Of a stretch of 32,000 nucleotides of DNA, positions 1 through 7,177 are shown one piece after another (the stretch's first letter is position 1; every line of letters begins with the position of its first letter). The notes beneath the pieces were generated by a model, which did not search any database, was not told where the DNA came from, and saw nothing but the letters and a program-made list of their open reading frames with translations. This DNA comes from Alkanindiges sp. WGS2144. Lineage in GTDB: Bacteria > Pseudomonadota > Gammaproteobacteria > Pseudomonadales > Moraxellaceae. The position numbers and the translations under genes are program-made. The DNA is taken from assembly GCF_043950625.1 (NCBI RefSeq), contig NZ_CP171007.1. One strand, 5' to 3'.

Positions 1-144
1 TACAGTGGGATTAATTTCTCAAACCCTTAAAGCCAGTTTATGCCTGCAATAAACTGGCTGGTGACCATGAACAAAATATACAACACAGTTCAACGAAAAG
101 TCTTAAAATAGCTTTTTTCTTATCTTTTACAGGTCAATTCATAC

Positions 145-1482
145 GTGGAATATTTTGAGCGGCATCAGGGTGGTGAACGTGCACTGCTGGTTCATATGAG
201 CATTTATCAGCTTGAGGAACCGGATGTCGAAGAGTTTCAGCTGCTTGCCCATTCTGCTGGTGCCAACATCATTGATCTGATTAGTGGTTCACGCCAGCGC
301 CCTGACCCCAAGCTGTTTATTGGTAGCGGTAAAGCTGAAGAAATCGCCCAGCGCGTACAAGCTGAGCACATTGATCTGGTTATTTTTGATCATACGCTGA
401 GTCCTGGTCAGGAGCGCAACCTGGAAAAAATATTTCAATGCCGGGTCATTGACCGTACCGGATTGATTCTGGATATCTTTGCCCAGCGTGCCCGCACCCA
501 TGAAGGTAAACTGCAGGTTGAACTGGCTCAACTTGAGCATTTGTCTACCCGTCTGGTGCGTGGCTGGACACACCTTGAACGGCAAAAAGGCGGTATTGGC
601 CTGCGTGGCCCAGGTGAAACCCAGCTGGAAACTGACCGCCGCCTGCTTCGAATCCGGGTTGGCCAGCTTAAGGAACGGCTGGAAAAAGTACGTCAAACCC
701 GCAGTCAGGGTCGTGCTGCGCGACAAAAAGCCGATGTACCGACCATATCGCTAGTAGGCTATACCAATGCTGGCAAATCCACCTTGTTTAACAAACTGGC
801 CAATAGTGATGTGTATGCCGCCAACCAGCTGTTTGCCACGCTTGACCCGACTTTACGGCGGCTGGAATGGGATGGTCTAGGCACAGTGGTACTGGCGGAT
901 ACCGTAGGCTTTGTCCGTAATTTGCCACACTCACTGGTCGATTCTTTTCGTGCCACACTGGAAGAAACTTTAGAAGCTTCATTGTTACTCCATGTCATTG
1001 ATGCCAGCAGTCCGGACATGCATGAGCAGATTGATGCCGTCGAAGCGGTATTAAAGGAAATTGGCAACAACGTGCCGGTGCTACGCGTATATAACAAAAT
1101 TGACTTAAGTGGCGATGAGCCACGCCTTACTGAGGAAAAACCCAATCAGCCTGAGCGCGTCTATGTTTCTGCCTATAGTGGCGCCGGACTGGATTTACTA
1201 CAACAAGCGGTGCAAACCTGCCTGATGGGTCAGCTCAATGAATTTGAACTTACCCTACCAGCCAGCGCAGGTAAATTACGCAACCAGCTATACCAGCTCA
1301 ATGTCGTACGACATGAAGAAAATCTGGACAATGGTTGCAGCTTACTGAAAGTACATCTGGCCAAAGATCAGCTACAGCAATTGATTGGCAAGGCCCAGCT
1401 CTCTGTTCATAATGTGCTAAGCCCTGCTCAGGCTCAGTTATTTCAACGTCCCCTTGAGCATTTTGAGCAACCCGACTCCTAA
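145..1482 (+). CDS. hflX: GTPase HflX
   Basis: The 445-aa ORF has a GTG start. Its N-terminus, FERHQGGERALLVH, is HflX-like. GTPase motifs are G1 GYTNAGKST, G3 DTVGF and G4 NKID. Confidence 0.9.
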   Translation: MEYFERHQGGERALLVHMSIYQLEEPDVEEFQLLAHSAGANIIDLISGSRQRPDPKLFIGSGKAEEIAQRVQAEHIDLVIFDHTLSPGQERNLEKIFQCRVIDRTGLILDIFAQRARTHEGKLQVELAQLEHLSTRLVRGWTHLERQKGGIGLRGPGETQLETDRRLLRIRVGQLKERLEKVRQTRSQGRAARQKADVPTISLVGYTNAGKSTLFNKLANSDVYAANQLFATLDPTLRRLEWDGLGTVVLADTVGFVRNLPHSLVDSFRATLEETLEASLLLHVIDASSPDMHEQIDAVEAVLKEIGNNVPVLRVYNKIDLSGDEPRLTEEKPNQPERVYVSAYSGAGLDLLQQAVQTCLMGQLNEFELTLPASAGKLRNQLYQLNVVRHEENLDNGCSLLKVHLAKDQLQQLIGKAQLSVHNVLSPAQAQLFQRPLEHFEQPDS

Positions 1483-1572
1483 ACTTTACAGTGTCTTGGC
1501 CCAAGGTTGTATACCATTTTTAACGGTTAAGTCTTATGCTTAACCACTGTTTAAATTTAGCCAAACCAGAAC

Positions 1573-1965
1573 ATGATGTGGAAAAAATACGACTGGCCTG
1601 CCCTATTCACAACCTTTGCCCTGATTGTCATCGTGCGTGAGTTTTGTGTCTGGCTGATGGGACTCATACACCATCCCGAACTTGGTAACCTGGTAGGCTT
1701 GTTACTGCTATTGGTTATGTTAATTACCTGGCGCCGCATTAAACCTCTGCCAATCCGGTTACTGGATGCCAATACACATATTATGAAAGAGAGTGCATTT
1801 GCTTTTTTACCTATTTCGGCTGGTTCTATTTTAATGCTGACGCATTTGGGTGATGAATTGCCCTGGTTTTTATTTATTCTGATTTTTAGCACCCTGATCT
1901 CTCTATGGATTTATGCTTATGCGGCAAAACACTGGATGAGTTCAGATAAATCATCTACTTCCTGA
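1573..1965 (+). CDS. CidA/LrgA family holin-like membrane protein
   Basis: The protein is 130 aa, very hydrophobic, with about 4 predicted TM segments. It sits directly upstream of an LrgB-family gene, the usual LrgA/LrgB (YohJ/YohK-type) pairing. The exact start is uncertain (tandem ATG ATG, no clear SD). Confidence 0.7.
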   Translation: MMWKKYDWPALFTTFALIVIVREFCVWLMGLIHHPELGNLVGLLLLLVMLITWRRIKPLPIRLLDANTHIMKESAFAFLPISAGSILMLTHLGDELPWFLFILIFSTLISLWIYAYAAKHWMSSDKSSTS

Positions 1966-2080
1966 CCGAGGTATTCTGAGTCTATGCGGCTTTGTTACCC
2001 AAGCCGCTGCCAACAGTCATATCTACGCAGTAAAAATATGTTTCGCTCATAACACCTTAAAATGATGAGGTATTTTTTTC

Positions 2081-2749
2081 ATGTTACTGGTGCTGGCAGG
2101 TTTTAGCCTAACTCTGGTTGCGCATGTACTGGCACGAATCCTAGGCCAGTTTTTTCCACGCTTGCCCGTGGTAGTCACTGCCATGTTTTTGGTGCTGGGT
2201 TTATTGTGGCTGGTACAATGGCCTTATGATCGTTATATGCAGCAAGTGGATCATCTATTTGGACATCTATTGGGTTATGTGACTGTCGCTTTGGCTATTC
2301 CCTTGGCAGCCATTCGCCTGGAGGATATTCCTGTTAAAACCCTGACTGCCCTATTTGCCTTTGCTACCCTGACGAGTGTTGCCATTCCGGTTGGGATGGC
2401 CTATGCCTTGCACTTATCCTCTCCTACGATTCTGGCTTTTACCACCCGTGCAGTCACCACCCCCATTGCCTTAAACATTGCTACCCTGATTCATGCTCCC
2501 CTGGCTATTGTTACCTTAATTGTAATTTTATCCGGGCTGATTGGGGCAGCTTTATCGCCATTGATCCTGCGTAATCTGAATGATGAGCGTGCGGCAGGTC
2601 TTGCCTTAGGACTGGCAGCACATGCGATTGGCACTGTACAGGCCTGGCAACGTGGGCCAGTTGCAGGGCGTTATGCTGCCTTGGGCATGGCGGTTAATGG
2701 TATTCTAACTGCGATCTGGTTGCCGCTTATTGTGCTTAGTTTCTCCTAA
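2081..2749 (+). CDS. LrgB family membrane protein
   Basis: The protein is a 222-aa polytopic membrane protein. It carries the LrgB-type conserved blocks AVTTPIALNIA and GLAAHAIGTVQA. A GAGG SD lies about 10 nt upstream of the ATG. Confidence 0.8.
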   Translation: MLLVLAGFSLTLVAHVLARILGQFFPRLPVVVTAMFLVLGLLWLVQWPYDRYMQQVDHLFGHLLGYVTVALAIPLAAIRLEDIPVKTLTALFAFATLTSVAIPVGMAYALHLSSPTILAFTTRAVTTPIALNIATLIHAPLAIVTLIVILSGLIGAALSPLILRNLNDERAAGLALGLAAHAIGTVQAWQRGPVAGRYAALGMAVNGILTAIWLPLIVLSFS

Positions 2750-2961
2750 ATTTTCTTTTTACTACTTGGTTTATCCTTAAATAGTCGATCCGTTCACAAA
2801 AAAAGGTTGTGATTTGGCTTGTAATTGAATAAATTAACATCAAGTAATAAGTGTTATTGAAATGTTTGTTTATTCACTTCAATTGTTATCGGCTCTGCCT
2901 GGCTAGCTTAAGCCATATTTTCAGCAGACCCTGTATAGGTTGGAGGTTAAGGAGAACCAGG

Positions 2962-3420
2962 ATGTTAAAATCTTTATCTATAGCATGTGCAACAGGTGTA
3001 GCCTTAATGTGTGCCAGTTTTGCCCAGGCTGCTGACCTGACAGGAACATGGCGCACTATTGATGACAAAACTGGCTTTTCAAAAGCATTGATTGATATCA
3101 GGCAGGATAGTAAGGGTGCCTATGAAGGCAAGATCATTAAAATTATTCCGCGCCCCGGCTATACGCCAAAAGAAACCTGCCAGAATTGTCCAGCACCTTT
3201 TACCAATAAACCCTTGGTTGGTTTAACTGTTCTATCCGGTTTAAAGCAGGATGCCAAACACGAAAACAACTTCGTCAGTGCCAAAGTTCTTGATCCCCTA
3301 TCCGGTAAAATTTATAGCGGCAAGGCCAAGCTGAGCCCGGATGGCCGTCGCCTCACCATGCGTGGATATGTGGGCGTATCCGCACTAGGGCGTAGTCAAA
3401 CCTGGATTAGAGAGGATTAA
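2962..3420 (+). CDS. DUF2147 domain-containing secreted protein
   Basis: I trimmed the track ORF (2851..3420) to the internal ATG at 2962, which has an AAGGAG SD 8 nt upstream. The signal peptide is MLKSLSIACATGVALMCASFAQA. The mature part (DLTGTWRTIDDKTG...KIYSGKAKLSPDGRRLTMRGY) matches the DUF2147 pattern. Confidence 0.8.
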   Translation: MLKSLSIACATGVALMCASFAQAADLTGTWRTIDDKTGFSKALIDIRQDSKGAYEGKIIKIIPRPGYTPKETCQNCPAPFTNKPLVGLTVLSGLKQDAKHENNFVSAKVLDPLSGKIYSGKAKLSPDGRRLTMRGYVGVSALGRSQTWIRED

Positions 3421-3448
3421 TCTTTAGCTTTATTCCAGACTTATAGAT

Positions 3449-3482
3449 AAGGCATGGCTTTAAAAAAGTTATGCCTTTTTTT
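3449..3482 (+). terminator. Rho-independent terminator of the DUF2147 gene
   Basis: The stem AAGGCAT (3449-3455) pairs with ATGCCTT (3471-3477), and a T-run follows to 3482. Confidence 0.65.
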
Positions 3483-3530
3483 ATGTTTGGTATACTGTTA
3501 GAGTGATTTCTCGGGTACTTATCTTAAGTA

Positions 3531-3566
3531 GGGCGCAGTCAAACCTGGATACGTCTGGAAGAATAA
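3531..3566 (+). pseudogene. 3'-terminal relic of a DUF2147 paralogue (11 codons plus stop)
   Basis: Positions 3531-3566 read GRSQTWIRLEE-stop, against GRSQTWIRED-stop at 3388-3420. The 24 nt encoding GRSQTWIR differ at 4 positions, all synonymous. An in-frame TAA sits two codons upstream (3525-3527), so only the tail survives. Confidence 0.45.
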
Positions 3567-3656
3567 ACGGCATGTTTTAAATTGTAGCCTATCCTTAAGC
3601 CGGCAATAAAATACTCTACACTGTCCTGATGACTCTCCAGAGATTTTGTCGCCAGC

Positions 3657-4226
3657 ATGGCTACTAAGCTGTGGTTAAATATTCCGTTGTGTCTGGACAA
3701 GCTGCTGCGAGCCAGAGGCCAGCGGCTGTTTTATCAGCTGTTAACGTTATTTGTAGCAACTGCCGGATTATTCTGGCTGGTGCTTTACTGTATGTCGCCT
3801 TATTGGCACAGTACTGACTTTGTCCGGCGATTACATCAGAGTACCCCGATAGCAACCAGACAACTCATCCCTGAGCATTTGCTACAGCCCAATCAGGCTA
3901 ACCTGCTGAGTACCCAAAACCTGTCAGTCCAGCAGTGGCAAGGGGCAGGTGCGCTTTACCTCAAGCAGGTCTGGCCAAAGGTGGCTGCCCGGCAAGATCC
4001 TCATCAGTTATTCTTATTGCAGTTTAATAGTGCACCAGCGCATAGTATCCAACGCGCCTATACTCACTTTCCCTCAACATTTCGGCTTACGCTTGGCAAC
4101 CCTGATAATCAGCTATGGTTTGAATGGACCAGACAGTCTGCCTTTAACTGGCAACTTAGCCAAGTATGCTTTTACAATCCGCAGCCTGTTGCAGACACAA
4201 ACAACTGTTCATCTTCCAGTCGATAA
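3657..4226 (+). CDS. hypothetical membrane-anchored protein (orphan)
   Basis: The ORF is 189 aa with one N-terminal hydrophobic segment (FYQLLTLFVATAGLFWLVLYCM). I recognised no family motif and no obvious SD. The 3' end overlaps the convergent apaH by 55 nt. Confidence 0.4.
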   Translation: MATKLWLNIPLCLDKLLRARGQRLFYQLLTLFVATAGLFWLVLYCMSPYWHSTDFVRRLHQSTPIATRQLIPEHLLQPNQANLLSTQNLSVQQWQGAGALYLKQVWPKVAARQDPHQLFLLQFNSAPAHSIQRAYTHFPSTFRLTLGNPDNQLWFEWTRQSAFNWQLSQVCFYNPQPVADTNNCSSSSR

Positions 4227-5005
4227 GCCATAAGCTGACCACCCCAAACACAACCACCATCCAGTGCATGAATATGCGGTAACTGAACATTACCCTGTAA
4301 GGCAGCCCAGTGCCCAAAAAACAGTTGCGCATGCTTTACGACCTGACTGGGCCATTCAAACCATGGCTTAAAACCCGGTGGCATGGAGGCAGACAAGTTA
4401 TCCTTAAAACCAAACTCCAGCCTTCCCTGTGCATCACATAAGCGCATACGGGTTAAATAGTTGGTAATCAGGCGCAAGCGTGCTGGACCTGTCAAATCAT
4501 CCCGCCATGTGTCGGGTTGACTACCATACATATTGACCAAAAAATCATCCAGAGTGGATAGCTTGCCTCCTATCACTTGCTCTACTTCCTGCGCACAAGC
4601 CTGTGCCTGCGCCAGTGTCCAGATTGGTGGAATTCCGGCATGGGTAATAATAACTTGTGGTTCAAGCTGTAATAGCAACGGTTGCTGCCGCAGCCAGTGT
4701 AATAAATCATCACGATCCACTGCTTCAAAAATCGCCTGCGTGCGATCTTTTTGCTTTATTTTTTGGAAACCACGCCATACGGCAATCAGGTTGAGATCAT
4801 GATTGCCCAGAACCGTGCTGGCTGCTCCCTTGTCAGCCAGCCGTTTTACCTCACGCAAGGTACTTAGGGAGTCCTCACCACGCGCCACCAGATCACCGGT
4901 AAGATACACACAGTCCTGCTGCTCATCAAAAGCCAGCATTTCCTTTAAAGCCTGCAATGCAGCGAAACTACCTTGCAGATCACCTACAATATAGCGATAG
5001 CGCAT
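4172..5005 (-). CDS. apaH: bis(5'-nucleosyl)-tetraphosphatase, symmetrical (ApaH)
   Basis: The 277-aa protein has metallophosphatase blocks GDLQG, GDLVARG, GNHD and FGHWA, and is collinear with E. coli ApaH to the C-terminus. The start ATG overlaps the rsmA stop (TAATG). Confidence 0.9.
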   Translation of the reverse strand: MRYRYIVGDLQGSFAALQALKEMLAFDEQQDCVYLTGDLVARGEDSLSTLREVKRLADKGAASTVLGNHDLNLIAVWRGFQKIKQKDRTQAIFEAVDRDDLLHWLRQQPLLLQLEPQVIITHAGIPPIWTLAQAQACAQEVEQVIGGKLSTLDDFLVNMYGSQPDTWRDDLTGPARLRLITNYLTRMRLCDAQGRLEFGFKDNLSASMPPGFKPWFEWPSQVVKHAQLFFGHWAALQGNVQLPHIHALDGGCVWGGQLMAYRLEDEQLFVSATGCGL

Positions 5006-5853
5006 TATGTTGCCCGTGCACTTGCCTGAGCCAGACAGGCATCTGATAATGCAACAAACTGTGCCAGACTCAGATTTTCCGGTCGAGCCATAGGATCAAC
5101 CTGAGCCTGCACAAAACCTTGTTCATCCAGCCTGCCTTTTAACGTATTACGCAAGGTTTTACGGCGCTGGGTGAATACATGCGCCACCAGACCCGCAAAC
5201 TGCTTTTCATCCTGTGCGATCAGCGGCTTTTGGGCATAAGGCAGCAAGCGAAACACAGCACTGGTCACTTTAGGCGGTGGGTTAAATGCACCCGGCGGGA
5301 CTTCAAACAAGAACTCAGGCTTACAAAAATACTGGATCATCACCGATAGACGACCATACTCCTTGCTATTGGGAACTGCAACAATCCGGTCAACCACTTC
5401 TTTTTGCAGCATAAAATGCATGTCTGTAATAACACTACCATATTGCAGCAAGTGGAACAGTAAGGGTGTAGAGATGTTGTAAGGCAGATTGCCAACAACT
5501 CGTAAAGGACTGCTTTCTTGTTTTAAACTGGAAAAATCAAACTTGAGTGCGTCAGCTTCAACAATGGTCAGCTTTGCTGGCTGGGGCACACGGCCCGGCA
5601 AACCGGCTGCCAAATCCCGATCCAGCTCTACCACGGTTAATGCTTCACTGGCGGCCAGCAACGGTGCGGTTAACGCGCCTAGCCCCGGGCCAATTTCTAC
5701 CAGCGTCTCGCCAGCCTTTGGTGCAACTGCATTGACAATTTTTTCAATGATCCGGCTGTCGTGCAAAAAATTTTGTCCAAAGCGCTTACGGGCACGATGA
5801 CCTTCGTCTTTTGGGTTAGGCGGGTTAATTTGATAATCCATAAAATCAGGCAT
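5005..5853 (-). CDS. rsmA: 16S rRNA (adenine1518/1519-N6)-dimethyltransferase RsmA/KsgA
   Basis: The 282-aa protein has the KRFGQNFL block, the SAM motif VEIGPGLGALT and the NLPYNIS motif. Confidence 0.92.
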   Translation of the reverse strand: MPDFMDYQINPPNPKDEGHRARKRFGQNFLHDSRIIEKIVNAVAPKAGETLVEIGPGLGALTAPLLAASEALTVVELDRDLAAGLPGRVPQPAKLTIVEADALKFDFSSLKQESSPLRVVGNLPYNISTPLLFHLLQYGSVITDMHFMLQKEVVDRIVAVPNSKEYGRLSVMIQYFCKPEFLFEVPPGAFNPPPKVTSAVFRLLPYAQKPLIAQDEKQFAGLVAHVFTQRRKTLRNTLKGRLDEQGFVQAQVDPMARPENLSLAQFVALSDACLAQASARAT

Positions 5854-5968
5854 TGTCAGCGCTTTTCGTTATAAACAGGTCTTATTGTATAAGGTTTATT
5901 TTATTGCCTGCTATAGGCAAAGGGTAATTACATTATTCTGGCTTAAAATAGCAGGACTTTAGACTTTA

Positions 5969-6940
5969 CTAACCATAACGCGCCAGTTGCAATGCCAGCT
6001 CCGTAGCCACCTTTAAACTACTGCTACTGGCTTTTCCGGTTCCCGCCAGATCCAGCGCAGTGCCATGATCCACCGAAGTACGAATAAACGGCAAACCCAA
6101 AGTAATATTTACTGCTTCGCCAAAACCCTGTGATTTTAGCACCGGCAGCCCCTGATCGTGATACATGGCCAGTACAGCATCAGCACTCTTTAAATATTTG
6201 GGTTGAAATAAGGTGTCCGCAGGCATTGCATGACCGACATCTATACCCTGCGCTCGATAGTTGGCCAGCACCGGCTCAATCACATCAATTTCTTCCCGCC
6301 CCAAATATCCACCCTCACCTGCATGCGGGTTTAAGCCACACACCAGAATTTTAGGCTGGACAATGGCAAATTTGGTAATTAAGTCATCAATTAAAATATC
6401 CAGAATCTGTTTTAAGCGTTCTTTGGTAATGGCAGTGGCAACATCTTTTAATGGTAAATGGGTAGTGACCAGCGCCACTCGTAAATGATGGGTTGCCAGC
6501 ATCATTACCACACGCGGTACACCTGCATATTCCTGAAAAAACTCGGTATGACCACTAAAGACGATACCTGCTTCATTGATTACCGACTTTTGCACTGGTG
6601 CAGTCACCACGCCTGCAGCCTCTCCAGCCATACAGGCACGCGCTGCTTCGTTGAGCTGAGCAATCACATAAGGTGCGTTGGCTGCGTTTAACTGCCCAGC
6701 CTGCACCGATTCAGCCAGATTAATATTTTTTACATACAGTTGATTGACGCAAGCAGGCTCGGCTTGATCCTGGTAATCAACAAAAGTAATGATTTTTTCC
6801 AACTGATTGGCACGCTGCTGTAACAATTCTTTATCGGCCAGCACTACTAGAGGACGTGGGCTATTAAAACCTGCCAGATCCAGACAAATATCCGGGCCAA
6901 TGCCAGCAGGTTCACCTGAGGTGATATAAAGCGGTTTCAC
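5969..6940 (-). CDS. pdxA: 4-hydroxythreonine-4-phosphate dehydrogenase PdxA
   Basis: The 323-aa protein has a GTG start. PdxA blocks present are GEPAGIGPD, SGHTEF and GLNPHAGEGG. Confidence 0.9.
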   Translation of the reverse strand: MKPLYITSGEPAGIGPDICLDLAGFNSPRPLVVLADKELLQQRANQLEKIITFVDYQDQAEPACVNQLYVKNINLAESVQAGQLNAANAPYVIAQLNEAARACMAGEAAGVVTAPVQKSVINEAGIVFSGHTEFFQEYAGVPRVVMMLATHHLRVALVTTHLPLKDVATAITKERLKQILDILIDDLITKFAIVQPKILVCGLNPHAGEGGYLGREEIDVIEPVLANYRAQGIDVGHAMPADTLFQPKYLKSADAVLAMYHDQGLPVLKSQGFGEAVNITLGLPFIRTSVDHGTALDLAGTGKASSSSLKVATELALQLARYG

Positions 6941-7177
6941 TGCGTACTGCCTTTTGCGTTATTGCATACATTTTACAAATTAACCCAAGATGAAGTCTAC
7001 AGGTTGCCAGAGTTACACTTTTACAGCCAGCCGATAAAACACTTTCCGCTAATATTTAAAGTACTTAACCATAACAGCTAAATTTAACTGTAATTTTGCT
7101 ACTGGAGTTTTATTTGCTGGCCTGCTCTAACAGCCTGCCAGGAACGCCGGGCTATTATTTTTGAGGGAGATATTTTT

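Noticed and set aside
1-144. A frame-1 stop at 28-30 is followed by a perfect 10-bp hairpin (GCCAGTTTAT...ATAAACTGGC, 32-58). This may be the 3' end of hfq and its terminator upstream of hflX.
   Set aside because: Only 9 codons of the upstream frame are visible and the hairpin has no U-tract. I cannot identify the gene from this fragment, so I did not report it as a feature.
289-1504. Antisense or alternative-frame ORFs overlap hflX. Similar shadow ORFs occur inside apaH, rsmA, pdxA, BCCT, prc, nagZ, proA, the IS and rlmJ.
   Set aside because: Each is nested in a longer ORF with clear family motifs, and none has recognisable motifs or start signals. They are typical shadow ORFs.
4976-4993. 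ApaH motif I reads GDLQG, with Gln where E. coli has the metal-ligand His of GDVHG.
   Set aside because: From memory, GDLQG occurs in ApaH orthologues of other gammaproteobacteria such as pseudomonads, and the remaining metallophosphatase motifs are intact. This is probably a normal family variant; an alignment would confirm it.
5895-5925. A 14-nt identical string, TTTTATTGCCTGCT followed by ATAGG, is shared with 11648-11671 and could be a dispersed repeat.
   Set aside because: There are only two copies in the window. The match is short and AT-rich, only one copy forms a hairpin, and there is no evidence for a repeat family without a whole-genome scan.
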